Shown here: in pieces, positions 1 to 14,194 of the stretch | Position numbering within the stretch: the first letter of the stretch is position 1 | Layout: every line of letters starts with the position of its first letter | From: Rickettsia endosymbiont of Argas persicus | Lineage (GTDB): Bacteria; Pseudomonadota; Alphaproteobacteria; Rickettsiales; Rickettsiaceae | Direction: 5' to 3' | Assembly: GCA_050920645.1 (NCBI GenBank) | Contig: CP133316.1 | Coordinates: 819,801-883,800 of the forward strand | Length of the DNA stretch: 64,000 nucleotides | The notes under the pieces: generated by a model | Seen by the model: the letters and a program-made list of their open reading frames with translations, nothing else | Told to the model about the DNA's origin: nothing | The model's database searches: none | Translations under genes and position numbers: made by a program

Positions 1-909
1 AGTGGTATTAAATCCTAAACTAGTTAAAATCGACAAAAAACTATTTTCAAGTTTACTGTTTTCAATTTGATTTGCCGGATAACGTGAAAGTAAAGACGGT
101 ACGGAAAGATAGGTTAAATTTGAAGAGGATTTAGCTTTAAAGGAAAATATATTTTCAATATTTTTCAAATAAGGTGTTGTATCCCTCTCATAACCGTTAA
201 TACCGAAATGGTCAAATCTTGCTGATTCCCCTATAACCAATACGCCTATAATATTTGAGTCCGAGTTATCTATAAAATCATATTGTTTGCTAATATCTAT
301 TTGAGCATAATTTTTTTTATTGTAACCTCCAGCAAAATTAAGATAAGTATTATGCAGATATTGAATAGGGAAGTAACTTTTTAATACTTTAAACGATGGA
401 GTAATGATATTATATAAAAAGATAAGCAAGCAAGCAGCCGATAATAATTTTGTTACAAATGATTTAGTCTCAGAAACAGCAAAAGATTTAAAAGTATAGA
501 AACAAACAAATAAACAGAAAACTATCCATATTATTAATTTAATGCTAGTTAATTCATAAACTTCGTTTAAATCTGTTGAGAAAAAACTACCAATTACGTA
601 TTTGGTAGGAATTATTTTATAGAAATAAATGTAGTAACTAGCTATAGCAGAGGTGAAAAATAAAAAGCCTGAACCATATTTTAATAGTAATTTATGTACG
701 CTAAGACTAAAAAATGCTATAAAGGAAACTATATAAATATAACAAAAATCTTTTAATAGTTCTAATATTCCCCTAAAGATCGATGCTTTGTAATAGTCAA
801 ATTTATAAATTAATATGGCAGTGTTGAATAATAAACAATAAACAAAAGCTAAAATTACCGATAGTTTAATTAATTTAATATCTAAATGTTTTTGAATAGT
901 TTTTAGCAT
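1..909 (-). CDS. Phosphoethanolamine transferase / sulfatase-family membrane protein (runs off left window edge)
   Basis: Not in ORF track. Reverse strand from ATG at 909 (MLKTIQKHLD...) encodes hydrophobic segments then GVLVIGESARFDHFGINGYERDTTPYL, the EptA-family motif. Confidence 0.8.
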   Translation of the reverse strand, partial: MLKTIQKHLDIKLIKLSVILAFVYCLLFNTAILIYKFDYYKASIFRGILELLKDFCYIYIVSFIAFFSLSVHKLLLKYGSGFLFFTSAIASYYIYFYKIIPTKYVIGSFFSTDLNEVYELTSIKLIIWIVFCLFVCFYTFKSFAVSETKSFVTKLLSAACLLIFLYNIITPSFKVLKSYFPIQYLHNTYLNFAGGYNKKNYAQIDISKQYDFIDNSDSNIIGVLVIGESARFDHFGINGYERDTTPYLKNIENIFSFKAKSSSNLTYLSVPSLLSRYPANQIENSKLENSFLSILTSLGFNTT

Positions 910-933
910 AATATGATAACAAAAGTAATTTAA

Positions 934-1395
934 ATGATCATAAATAATCTTCAAGAATTTTACCAGAGTTTATTACCGAACTCTCCTCTTATTTCTATCG
1001 ATTACGGTAGTAAAAAGTTAGGGATTGCTATGTCTAATATGGAACGTAGTATTGCTATGCCGCTGCATACAAACGAAACAAATATAAAGATTATCATAAG
1101 GTCTTTAATTGATACAATAAATAAATATAAAGCTTGCGGGATTGTGATAGGATTACCTATTAATATGAACGGAATTCATACGGAACAAACAAATATAGTA
1201 ATAAAATTTGCCGAAGAGCTAACAAAATCTATAAATCTACCTATATATTTACAGGATGAAAGGCTTACTACAAAAGCCGCAAATAATTTCCTTAAGTCGT
1301 TCGGCATTAAAAGAAAAGATCGGAATAATAACGATGACGCAGTAGCAGCTAGTATGATTTTAGAAACGGTACTTGATTCTATTAGAAGGCTTTAA
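934..1395 (+). CDS. ruvX: YqgF/RuvX pre-16S rRNA nuclease (Holliday junction resolvase-like)
   Basis: [30 protein letters not shown] motifs. Confidence 0.92.
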   Translation: MIINNLQEFYQSLLPNSPLISIDYGSKKLGIAMSNMERSIAMPLHTNETNIKIIIRSLIDTINKYKACGIVIGLPINMNGIHTEQTNIVIKFAEELTKSINLPIYLQDERLTTKAANNFLKSFGIKRKDRNNNDDAVAASMILETVLDSIRRL

Positions 1396-2752
1396 GAGTC
1401 TGTCAGATTCTTTGTGTAAGTAGAATTTCTCCATTTGCCCAATTTTGTAAATTAGTATCACAAAGTATAGCAAATTGATTTAAAGCCATTGCCCAATTCT
1501 TGATTGGCATTGTCCATTTCTTAGAAGCATTTGTCAATGCTAAAAATATTATTTTTTGAATTGATTTATCATCTGGAAACACCCCTTTATTCTTGATAAT
1601 TTTTCTGATTTGACGATTAATTGATTCAATAGCATTAGTCGTATAAATTGCTTTTCTGATTTCATCCGGGAAGCTAAAAAGGAAGCTATACCAGGCCAAT
1701 TTCGCTGCCATATATCAAAAATAACTGGATATTTATTATCCCATTTTTTGCTAAAACTCTGTAATTCTCTTAAAGCTTCTGCTTCATTTATTGCAGAATA
1801 AATTTTCTTTAAATCTGCTATAACTGATTTTAAATCTTTATACGATACGTACTTTACAGAATTCCTAATCATATGGACTATACAGAGCTGTACTATCGTT
1901 TTGGGGAACACACTGTTTATAGCTTCAGGAAAGCCTTTTAAACCATCAACACATGCAACATATATTTGTTCAACTCCACGATTCTTTAATTCTGTTACTA
2001 TCTGCAACCAGAATTTAGCGCCTTCATTTTTGCCTATCCAAATGCCTAAAAGCTCTTTTTTACCTTCTAAATTCACACCTACAGACAAATAAACTGCCTT
2101 GTTAATTATTACATGATTATCTCTTGCTTTCACATAAATGCAATCTAAATACATCATAGGATAGATACTATCAAGTGACCTATTTTGCCAAGCATTAGCA
2201 TCCTCTAATACACCATCAGTTACCTTTGATATTAACTCAGCAGACACCTTGGTAGAGTACAATTCTTCTAAATGGCCCTGAATTTCTCTAGTAGTCATAC
2301 CTCGTGCATATAATGATATTAGCTTATCATCAAATCCTTCAAATTTACGAACTCCCTTAGGAATAAGTATAGGTTCATATTCTCCGTCACGATCTCTTGG
2401 TACTTCTACTCTTAATTTACGACCTTCTTCATCTAAAATGGTTTTTTCATAATTACCATTGCGCCTATTATCTGACTCTTTCTCAGTTTTAGAATGCTTC
2501 TCATATCCTATATGAGACTCCATTTCTTTCTCTAAGATCTTATTCACCAGCTGTTTTTTTAATTCTTCAAAGATCCCTCCTTTGCCAAATATTTCAGATG
2601 GGTCACTTTGTGATAGTATGTCTGATACTACTTTTTCTATAGTCGGATTTGATACTTTGTTCTTATTTTTCATATTAGCCTCATGTTAAGTTGTTTTAAT
2701 TAATTTTATTCTTAACTATTTTTACAACTTACACAAACTTTCTGACACCCTC
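1396..2752 (-). mobile_element. IS256-family element (1357 bp), transposase 2673->1403 with a frameshift near 1680
   Basis: Terminal inverted repeats GAGTCTGTCAGA..TGTGTAAGT / GAGGGTGTCAGA..TGTGTAAGT; [27 protein letters not shown] motifs; second copy at 30915. Confidence 0.95.
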
Positions 2753-2907
2753 CATTCTGGAAAGTTTTGTTATGGAAAAACACCTATGCAAACTTTCAAG
2801 GATAGCATTAAAATTGCTAAAGATAAGTCTATTAACTCTTACTTATCTGACAGCTCTTTTGCTGCTTAATCAATCACCGTCTGTCAGGTCAAGTGTAGTG
2901 TTTTACA
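2753..2907 (+). mobile_element. 3' remnant of a second IS481-family element
   Basis: Reads [25 protein letters not shown], homologous but not identical to the C-terminus of the IS481 transposases at 41448/53181; ends TGTCAG...TTTTACA. Confidence 0.85.
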
Positions 2908-4359
2908 TATAAATTATACCACCCACCATGAGTATGATGATATTCCGACCAATCGGCTGCGTAGGTAATTTGTACATTATTACCAACTACCTCTTTTACT
3001 AAGATGGCAAGATTACATAGCTCATTAATTGCTGGAAAATTATTGGCCGAGTCTCTTATGGAAGTAATACCGATTAATTCTGAACCTATTATAAAGGCGT
3101 CGACATAATCTTTAACAAGTCTTGCATAATGAAGAATAAAATTATTATACCCTTCGGCTTTACGGAAAAAGTTACTTACCGCCTCCGCAGAACCGCTAAC
3201 ATGCCCACGCCAAGGCTTTCCGGGTAAATCCATAAAAAACATCGGGTAAAACATGATTTTTAAATTACGCCTTTTTAACTCTATTAAATAACGCATTAAG
3301 CTAGCATCATTAACACTGCCGCCATAATTAGGATTGTTACGCTCATCTTTAGAAATAATCTTAGCATTTGCTCTATTATAAGAGCCAACCTGCCAAACAC
3401 ATGAGTAGGAAGTAAGAGGATCATTGAATTCTACAGCCGGTTTTATAGAGCAGTTATTTATATCTAAACTATCGCCGAACCAACTTACCACAGGTGCTAT
3501 CCATATAATATTAGGGCAGATTGTTTGTAGCTGATTAAGGCTATGTACACTATCGGCAATGTTATAATGGTTATGTGAATTTATTGCCTCATGGTTTATA
3601 ACACCGCCGAAAGAGCTTTTTAAAGTCTTATATTGTACTTCTGTATCATAAACGAATTCACCGGAGCCAGGAATCATATTAATAGCTTTAACTAAATTCT
3701 CAACCTTGACATAATTATCAGGTAAATAAATATTAGGTTTTCTAGTTACTTCAAATGAAAAGCTAGGAATAATATTGCTAAAATCTTCTAAAGGTAATTC
3801 TTCAAATACTATATAGCTAAATGATCTAAAAGCCGGAGTTCTACCGATTCCTACGCGGCTTTCAATTAGAGAATCTGGTAGCTGCGTTTCCTGATCCTTT
3901 ATATAACCTAAATTTATATTTCCCTAGATTTATGACTTCATCATTAGCCCATACTCTATTAATTTCAGTAATTTCGCCTTCATAAATAAGAACTGCAAAA
4001 GAGAAAAAATAGCTATATTCCGTAAAATTAGTTACAGATTTTAGATTGTGAAAATACGGAAAATATTTTTTATGACGGGTAGTATTTTCTATTTCTTTTA
4101 TTTTATCAGCCCAAATTATTTTACCGCTAATCCTTGAAGTACCAAAGATTAAAGGTATAGGCTCACCGTAATTTGCCGTTACATATTTAAAGCTTTCTTT
4201 GAAATTTTTAATGTGATTATATTCTTCCGGTTCATGATTTAGTTGATCTAAATACTCACCGAGCATTTTACCGGCAAATCTCCCGACGCTTGAAAGTATC
4301 CCGCCGCCAAATGCATTTCCAATAGTGCTGCAGAGCGAACTGAAAAAACTGCCGAACAT
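2908..4359 (-). pseudogene. GTA-like/phage tail baseplate protein (TIM-barrel domain), frameshifted near 3880 and 3'-truncated by IS481 remnant
   Basis: YGEPIPLIFG..RISGKIIW, MIPGSGEFVY, VVSWFG, PWRG, FIIGSEL, TYAADWSEY motifs across two ORFs. Confidence 0.85.
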
Positions 4360-4421
4360 ATTTAATCATACTTAAGTTTAATATGGATTGATATTAACAT
4401 TATAATATGTTAACACTAATA

Positions 4422-4673
4422 TATACTCGTTTTATTTGAAAAATTGGCTGCGTCGTATTATAAGTTCGCAGGTAGCTACGTTACTTGCATGTACGCTCCG
4501 CTCCTCGCCTTATATATACCTTTAATACTTCAAGATTTGGTAAGCCAAATTTTGGGATTCGCCTGTGCTCACGTAGTTTTCTACGCTCCGCAGGCTCACC
4601 ACTTATTTGACTTCCAACTTTTGAAGTATCTGCGGTATACTCCTTGCTCTTTTCCAAATAAAACTTCGTCTAT
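4422..4673. repeat. Nested Rickettsia palindromic elements (inner element 4515-4639)
   Basis: Outer inverted ends GTTTTATTTGAAAA/TTTCCAAATAAAAC; inner TATACC..ATACTTCAA/TTGAAGTAT..GGTATA; both have TACGCTCCGC cores. Confidence 0.7.
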
Positions 4674-4708
4674 CGTACATAATTAACAAAAACAAATATT
4701 TTGAAAAT

Positions 4709-5516
4709 ATGGTAACTTCTAAAAAACTTTTGCTTATCTTAATATTACTTATCACTTCTATAGCTAAAGCGGATATTATAGAAGTTGATAGCTTAGATAA
4801 AATAAAGCAAGATTTTGAAAAAAATTATAATAAGAATTATTTACCTCAAGATTTATTGGTAGTAGTAGATTTAGATAAATTATTATTCAAATCATTATTA
4901 CCTGCAGGGGAAAAATTTAATAGCGATGCTTACTCTAACTTATTACCTGCTTTAAAAAGAATTAGTCAAAGACCCTAAAAGTATTTATATCGATCAATTA
5001 ATTTTAACCGATGATAAATATAAAAAGGAATTGCAGGAAACGAGTTTCCCAAATTTTGTAAGAGATATAAGTAATAAGGGAATTCCCATAATAGCTATAA
5101 ATGAAGGTTTTACGGGTAATTTTAATAATATTCCTAAATTTGAAATATGGTTTGCCGATTACTTAAAGAAAAATTTTAATATTGATTTCTCTAATAGTTT
5201 TCCTAAAAAAAACTATATTATTTTTAATAATTTAAAAAGCTTTTCTAATACTTATCCGGTATTTTACAAGGGTATATTAACGAGTAATAATATATTTGGT
5301 TCAGAGCTACTTATAAACTTTTTTATGCCGAAAGTTTTTATAATGATTAGCAATAATATGGAATTGTTAAATTCTATGAAAATACAATTATCTAGCTATA
5401 CCTCGTCTATTCTTTTTACCGGTTATTATTATAATCCTAATGATGTAGATAACAATAATGATGTTGCATATAATACTAAATTTATCAATGATTTAACTGT
5501 TCAAATGATAAAATAA
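4709..5516 (+). pseudogene. Exported hypothetical protein (DUF2608-like), frameshifted near 4970
   Basis: Signal peptide ORF 4709-4978 continues in another frame into 5031-5516; similar layout to the downstream paralogue. Confidence 0.6.
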
Positions 5517-5564
5517 AGAGAAATAATCCGGTTACAAAAAATAATACGAAAAAGTAAAAATGTT

Positions 5565-6395
5565 ATGATAAAATTTTTCAGTCTACTATTTTTCTTATTT
5601 ATCTCTTTCATAAGCTATGGTCAAATAATACCCACTTATTCTATAGATCTCAAAAATCCGGATTCGATTGATATAGAAAATTTATTACCGAAAATAGATC
5701 AAAATACGCTTGTTTTAATTAATATAGATAATACTATTATAACGCCGAAGTCGAAATTATTTCGTTATAATAATAACCCTTATGTAAATTTTACCGATAA
5801 TTTATATAGTCTTGCAATAAATGATCTGTCTGTGAATAATTTTATAGCACAATTAATGCAGCAACGTCAGATGATGCTTGTAGAGAATGCTTGGGTAGAT
5901 CTAATTAATCAAATGAAAAAACAAGGAGCAACTGTTTTAGGCTTTCAGGAAGTGACTGCTCCGTGTAATTTAATTAAAAATTATGAAGGATGGCTATATA
6001 CATTACTTTACAATTTTGATATTCATTTTACTGCTAAGGTTAATAATAAAGATTTATTTAGATTTGATCCTAGTGATGCAAATGCACCTATTTTTTATTT
6101 AGGAATAATATTTACCGGTAGTAATAGTAAAGTAAAAACTCTTATGGATTTTTTAAAAATCGTGCCGCAACAATTTAATAAAATACTAGTCTTTTCAAGT
6201 GATAAAAAAGATTTAAAAAATATAGATTCTTATTTAAGAAATATTGATATAGAATATTACGGAATTCAATATTTAGGATGGCAACAATTACAAGATTCTC
6301 CTGATACAGAAGTCGCCAAATTACAACAATCTACACTCCTTGATACCGGTAAATGGCTGGAGGATGATGAAGCTGCAAAGATATTAAATAAATAA
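5565..6395 (+). CDS. Exported DUF2608-like (HAD-fold) protein
   Basis: Signal peptide, LVLINIDNTII, GIIFTG. Confidence 0.65.
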   Translation: MIKFFSLLFFLFISFISYGQIIPTYSIDLKNPDSIDIENLLPKIDQNTLVLINIDNTIITPKSKLFRYNNNPYVNFTDNLYSLAINDLSVNNFIAQLMQQRQMMLVENAWVDLINQMKKQGATVLGFQEVTAPCNLIKNYEGWLYTLLYNFDIHFTAKVNNKDLFRFDPSDANAPIFYLGIIFTGSNSKVKTLMDFLKIVPQQFNKILVFSSDKKDLKNIDSYLRNIDIEYYGIQYLGWQQLQDSPDTEVAKLQQSTLLDTGKWLEDDEAAKILNK

Positions 6396-6396
6396 T

Positions 6397-7179
6397 ATGA
6401 ATGATGATTTAATAGATAAGTTAAAAGATTTAATTATTAATACCGGTAAAATTGCGTTAGATATAAAAAAATCAGGAATATTAATAGATACTAAATTAGA
6501 TGGTTCGGTGGTAACTAATGCAGATAAAGAGATTAGTAAAATAATTTACCAAAATCTACAAGTTTTGACTCCACAGATACCTATAGTATGCGAAGAACAG
6601 CCGTTACCTATATTTGATAGTAATACTTTTTGGTTAATTGATCCGATTGATGGAACACGAAGCTATGTAAACGGGAAAAGCAGCTATACTATAAATATAG
6701 GTCTTATTGAAAAAGGTATTCCGACTATCGGTTTGATATATCAACCTGAAGCAGCTAAATTGTATTATACTGATGCACAAGGTCGGTTAAAAATCGAACA
6801 TCGCTCTAAAGAAATCATTACTCATAAACAAAAAGAAGAAGAGCTAAATGCCGTAATAGGTTTTTATCATTCAAATAAAACTACAAAAAAATTTTTAAGC
6901 AAATATTCATTTAATAAAATAGAAGCGATAGGAAGTTCAATTAAATTATGTATGATAGCGGAAGGTAGCGCAGATATATATCCAAAATTTGGTCAAACTA
7001 TGGAGTGGGATATAGCAGCAGGGCATGCTTTAATTAAAGCGAGTGGCGGTAATATTTTAGGTTTAGACGGTAAAGAAATTACGTACGGTAAAGAAAATTT
7101 TGCCAATCCTCATTTTTTTGCGTGTAGTAAATATTGGCTACTTAATATCATTCATGTAAAGGCGGGAATCCAGAAATAA
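6397..7179 (+). CDS. cysQ: 3'(2'),5'-bisphosphate nucleotidase CysQ
   Basis: VTNAD, WLIDPIDGT, GSSIK, EWDIAAG inositol-monophosphatase motifs. Confidence 0.92.
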   Translation: MNDDLIDKLKDLIINTGKIALDIKKSGILIDTKLDGSVVTNADKEISKIIYQNLQVLTPQIPIVCEEQPLPIFDSNTFWLIDPIDGTRSYVNGKSSYTINIGLIEKGIPTIGLIYQPEAAKLYYTDAQGRLKIEHRSKEIITHKQKEEELNAVIGFYHSNKTTKKFLSKYSFNKIEAIGSSIKLCMIAEGSADIYPKFGQTMEWDIAAGHALIKASGGNILGLDGKEITYGKENFANPHFFACSKYWLLNIIHVKAGIQK

Positions 7180-7340
7180 AAAGCATAAATACATTAAATT
7201 TTTAGAGTTAAAAGCTTAGTTTATCTTGCTTTATACTGGATCCACGCCTATGCAAGGATGACATTACAGCTACTTTTCGATCCACGCAACAAAGCCTGCA
7301 GTCGCTTTCAATGACTATTAAGTATCCATGCAATAATGCC
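7148..7340. repeat. Rickettsia palindromic element(s)
   Basis: GCGGGAATCCAG...CTGGATCCACGC..ATGACA inverted arms. Confidence 0.75.
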
Positions 7341-7414
7341 TATTTACTCACTGATTCTATTTCTAAATTGTTTTTCTAAACTTAGTTCCAGAAATACGTG
7401 CGTGATGACTAAAT

Positions 7415-8386
<972 letters not shown>

Positions 8387-8469
8387 TTAATATATTATAA
8401 ATATGTTTAAGAAAAAAGGATTATGTTATTATCCTATGGTTTAGAGAATGTCTTTGGTGTAATTCAGGC

Positions 8470-8680
8470 ATAAGGCTTGCATTGTTGCATGGATCGGAAA
8501 AAGTGTTTGGTGTCATCCCGTGGCTTGTCCACGGGATCCAGAAAAATAACTAAAAATATCAATAATATTGATATTTTTAACTAGATCCCGCGATCAAGTC
8601 GCGGGATGACAACGGTGAAGTCGATCCACGCGGGGCAAGCCTTTAGCTAGGAATGACATAGATCCATGCGGGCAACACCT
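8470..8680. repeat. Rickettsia palindromic element cluster
   Basis: TGTCATCCCGTGGCTTGTCCACGGGATCCAG...GATCCCGCGATCAAGTCGCGGGATGACA. Confidence 0.85.
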
Positions 8681-8716
8681 ATCAAGACAAAATGCGACTA
8701 TATCCTTAACGCTCAA

Positions 8717-10252
<1,536 letters not shown>

Positions 10253-10293
10253 TTAATTTATGCAACCTAGACTATAATAAAAATTATGTCAAG

Positions 10294-10430
10294 GTATACT
10301 ACTTATCTTTCAAGAATTGCTCTTTCATTTTATCAAGGATTCTTGATGCTCACGTATTTAGTAACTGCTGCCGCTCACTCACCTATCAAAATAAAATGAG
10401 GGTTCTTGAAATACAAGCAATATATACACT
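10294..10430. repeat. Rickettsia palindromic element
   Basis: TTTCAAGAA...TTCTTGAAA inverted arms with TGCTCACGTA core. Confidence 0.6.
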
Positions 10431-10476
10431 CGTTTAATTCTGTTTCGTCCTGTGGACAATCCCATCAGTGTTAGCC

Positions 10477-12109
10477 TTACACAAAATTAACATTTTTCTT
10501 ATAATTAATTGCGGCTTTAATAAACTCCGTAAATAACGGATGAGCTTCAAAAGGTTTCGACTTAAATTCCAGATGAAATTGAACTCCTACAAACCATAAT
10601 AACTTTGGTAATTCAATCGCTTCTACAATTTCTTTATCTTCTGAAAACCCACTAAACTTTACGCCGTTTTTCTCAAAAATGTCTTGAAAATCGTTATTAA
10701 ATTTGTATCTATGACGATGCCGCTCATTTACTTTAAGTTCTCCATAAATGTTAGCCACAACAGTATTAGGAACTAAGTTGCATGTATATGAACCAAGCCA
10801 CATAGTCTTTTTTACGTTTTCTATCGTTATTTTTGAATCACTTAAATTTTCTTGATTATTATGTATTCGTTTAATAATTTTCGTACTGTTTGTTTTAAAT
10901 TCCTCCATTACTGCGTCTTCAATTCCAATTAAATTACGTGCTATTTCAATAGCAGCAAGCTGCATACCAAAGGCAAATGCCAAAAAAAGGTATATTATTA
11001 GTTCTAGCATAATTAATCGCCGCAATCTTTCCTTCCGTTGCCCGCTCACCAAAGCTGCCCGGAACTAATATTCCGTCTATGCCTAGTAATTTTTTAGAAA
11101 TGTTTTCATAGTTTACACTTTCTGCATTTAACCATACCAATTCAACTTTGCATTTATGGTATATACCGGCATGATCAAGTGCCTCGATTACCGATTTATA
11201 AGCATCTTTTAATTTATGATATTTAGCTATAACGGCGATCCGTACTTTTGAATGAGATTGCTTTAATCTCTCAATTATGTCATACCACTTATCTAACTTA
11301 GAAGGTGTAATATTAAGATTAAAAAATTTTAATACTTTATTGTCAAGCTCATAATTATGGTAAGCAAGAGGTACTAAATATATATTCTTCTGATCTATTG
11401 CCGGAATAACATATTCAGGGTCTATATTACAGAATAAAGCTATCTTATCTATTTCACTTTTCGCGATCTTACGTTCTGCACGGCATACTAAAATATTAGG
11501 CGAGATACCGATAGTGCGGAGTTCCTTTACTGAGTGTTGTGTAGGTTTAGTTTTTAGCTCACGAGCGGTTTTTACATACGGCAGTAAAGTTAAATGAATA
11601 AATAAACATTGTTTACTTTTTAATTCGTTACCGATTTGCCTTATAGTTTCAAAAAAGGGCAGCCCCTCAATATCACCTACAGTGCCGCCTATCTCACAAA
11701 GTACAAAATCAAAACCTTTAGTGTTTGAAAGTATAAAATCTTTTATTATATTTGTGACATGCGGGATAACTTGTACGGTAAGACCGGTATAATTACCGAG
11801 ACGTTCCTCCTTAAGTAGCTTAGAATATATAGCTCCCGTAGTGATATTATCAAATTTACAAGCAGGAACTCCCGTAAAACGCTCATAATGCCCTAAATCT
11901 AAATCAGTTTCCGCTCCGTCATCTGTAACATATACTTCACCGTGTTGGTGAGGATTCATAGTCCCGGGGTCAACGTTTAAGTAAGGGTCTAATTTACGCA
12001 AACAAACCTTAAAACCTTTTGCTTGCAAAAGCATTGCAAGAGAGGCGGCAGTTAAACCTTTGCCTAAAGATGAAACCACTCCGCCCGTAATAAAGATAAA
12101 ACGTACCAT
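10477..12109 (-). pseudogene. pyrG: CTP synthase, frameshifted near 10970
   Basis: [27 protein letters not shown] in ORF1; GMQLA, RHRY, GVQFH in ORF2; break at GIC|GMQ. Confidence 0.9.
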
Positions 12110-12112
12110 TCT

Positions 12113-12847
12113 TTAAACTAGCTTATTCTTTTCATAAAATTTTAATGCCTTACTTAAATCGTCCGGTGTATCTACAGAAATAGGGACATTATCGACTAAA
12201 CATGTGCCGATTGTTATGCCGTTTTCGAGAAGTCTTAACTGCTCTAAACGTTCTGTTTTTTCTAAAGATGTGGGTCTAAGAGTTATAAACTTTTCTAAAA
12301 CATGTTTACGATAACCGTACATTCCAACATGATATAAGAATTCTTCCGCACCATTCGGAATAAGGCTGCGTGAAAAATATAATGCTTCTCCATTTGCGTC
12401 AATAGCTACGGTAACGTTACTTGCAGCTTCTACTGAATCCTTATCTACTCTTACAACTGGAGTTACTACATCATAAAGGCTGTTTTTTAAATATTCTATT
12501 ACTTTCAAAATAGAATCAGTTTCGATAAAAGGCATATCACCTTGCACATTAACTATATAATTAATATCTTGATTATTCGGTATTAGCTTAAATGCTTCAT
12601 AAGTACGGTCAGTACCGGTTGGAATATCGCTATCGGTAAATATTACTTTTCCGCCAAGTTTTTTAATTATGTTTGCTATTTCTTGCGAATCAGTCGCGAC
12701 GTAAATATGCTCAAGGTTAGTCTGATTTACTTGTTTAAATACACGCTCAATTAAAGTAGATGAGCCGATTAGTTGTAGAGGTTTATGCTTTAGTCTAGTC
12801 GAACTAAGACGGGAAGGGATAATTATAGCAACGTCTTGATGCTTCAT
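12113..12847 (-). CDS. kdsB: 3-deoxy-manno-octulosonate cytidylyltransferase
   Basis: [31 protein letters not shown]. Confidence 0.95.
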   Translation of the reverse strand: MKHQDVAIIIPSRLSSTRLKHKPLQLIGSSTLIERVFKQVNQTNLEHIYVATDSQEIANIIKKLGGKVIFTDSDIPTGTDRTYEAFKLIPNNQDINYIVNVQGDMPFIETDSILKVIEYLKNSLYDVVTPVVRVDKDSVEAASNVTVAIDANGEALYFSRSLIPNGAEEFLYHVGMYGYRKHVLEKFITLRPTSLEKTERLEQLRLLENGITIGTCLVDNVPISVDTPDDLSKALKFYEKNKLV

Positions 12848-12983
12848 GAATTTACCGTTTAAATTAAATATAAGAAAATAATTGTTGACAGATTAGCCTT
12901 TTTCGGCGATAAAGTAAAACATAATTTTAAATATAATTTATTGTACTCGATTAGCTTGTAAAATATTGGCTATGATGCCATTA

Positions 12984-13130
12984 GTGTCATACCGTGGCTT
13001 GACCACGGTATCCAAAAAACAACTAAAAAATATCAATAATTTGATACTTTTAATTGGATCCCGCGATCAAGTTGCGGGATGACAGCAGTGGAACCGAGCC
13101 TTGCGACAATGCTCCGTCCGCACAGGAATA
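12984..13130. repeat. Rickettsia palindromic element
   Basis: TGTCATACCGTGGCTTGACCACGGTATCC...GGATCCCGCGATCAAG..GGGATGACA. Confidence 0.8.
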
Positions 13131-13155
13131 ACACCTTAGTATATAAATATATTTA

Positions 13156-13231
13156 GAGCTCGTAGCTCAGTCGGTAGAGCATTTGACTTTTAATCAAAGG
13201 GTCCCGGGTTCGAATCCCGGCGAGCTCACCA
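13156..13231 (+). tRNA. tRNA-Lys(TTT)
   Basis: Cloverleaf, anticodon loop CTTTTAA, TTCGAA T-loop, 3' CCA. Confidence 0.97.
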
Positions 13232-13245
13232 CAGCATCTAACTGT

Positions 13246-13322
13246 GGGTTTGTAGCTCAGCTGGTTAGAGCACACGCCTGATAAGCGTGAGGTCGGAAGT
13301 TCAAGTCTTCTCAAACCCACCA
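13246..13322 (+). tRNA. tRNA-Ile(GAT)
   Basis: Cloverleaf, anticodon loop CTGATAA, 3' CCA. Confidence 0.97.
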
Positions 13323-13514
13323 TCTCTATTCTATATATTTAGATCAGCAAATACTCTATAAACTTAAGGTTTTTACTGTTTGAGAAATTAAATAGTATTA
13401 ATTATTGATTTATACCTATAGTTGAACATAATATATTTTAAAATCTTTTATTTATTAATAAGTATATTATTTACTTTAATGAAACTTGATACAATCAGGA
13501 ATATTAGTTATTAG

Positions 13515-13670
13515 TTATATCACTTGTAAGGCTTTTGAAATAAATTCTATCATTAAATTTCTATCTATTCCGTTAGGATAGATTTCACGAATTAAGTGAT
13601 TATTATTAATAATAAAATTTATATATGGTTCAAGGAGGGCTAATTTTTCTTCTAGAGTTCTCGTATCCAT
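13515..13670 (-). CDS. Unannotated 51-aa ORF (MDTRTLEEKLALLEPYINFII...KALQVI)
   Basis: Open frame read by hand, AGGGAGG Shine-Dalgarno upstream of ATG; below ORF-track cutoff. Confidence 0.5.
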   Translation of the reverse strand: MDTRTLEEKLALLEPYINFIINNNHLIREIYPNGIDRNLMIEFISKALQVI

Positions 13671-13980
13671 AACAGATTAATCCTCCCTATTTAAACTTAA
13701 TTAATTCAAGTTTGATCACCAAAGAGTAAAAGACCTAAATGGTGATCGGGGAGTTCAAAAACCGTTAGAGAACAGCCATAATAGCCTTTAGGTTTAAAGT
13801 TTACACCTTAAACCCTATTGTATAGCTAAAATCTCCCCGACCCTAACAAAGTCGAGGATATATTTTTATGGATAATACTAACCATCTCTAATGGAGTTTT
13901 GAAGCTCCAAAGTGATTTTACTAAAAACTTTAAACAAGTCAATATGATTGTTGATTAGTTTTTAGGTATTACTAATCAAG

Positions 13981-14141
13981 TGTCATCCCGCGACTTGATC
14001 GTGGGATCTAGTAACCTTTAATGTCATCCCGCGGCTTGACCGCGGTATCTTAAGATACAGTCTGTGACACAAGACCCCGTGATCAAGTCACGGGGTGACA
14101 ATAAAAAAACTGGATCCCGTGGTCAAGCCACGGGATGACAC
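13981..14141. repeat. Nested Rickettsia palindromic elements
   Basis: Two TGTCATCCCGCG.CTTGA left arms followed by two matching right arms ending GG(A/G)TGACA. Confidence 0.85.
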
Positions 14142-14194
14142 AGAAAACAATTCTCGATTTATGCAACAACTCCGATCGAGCAAATAGATAACAT

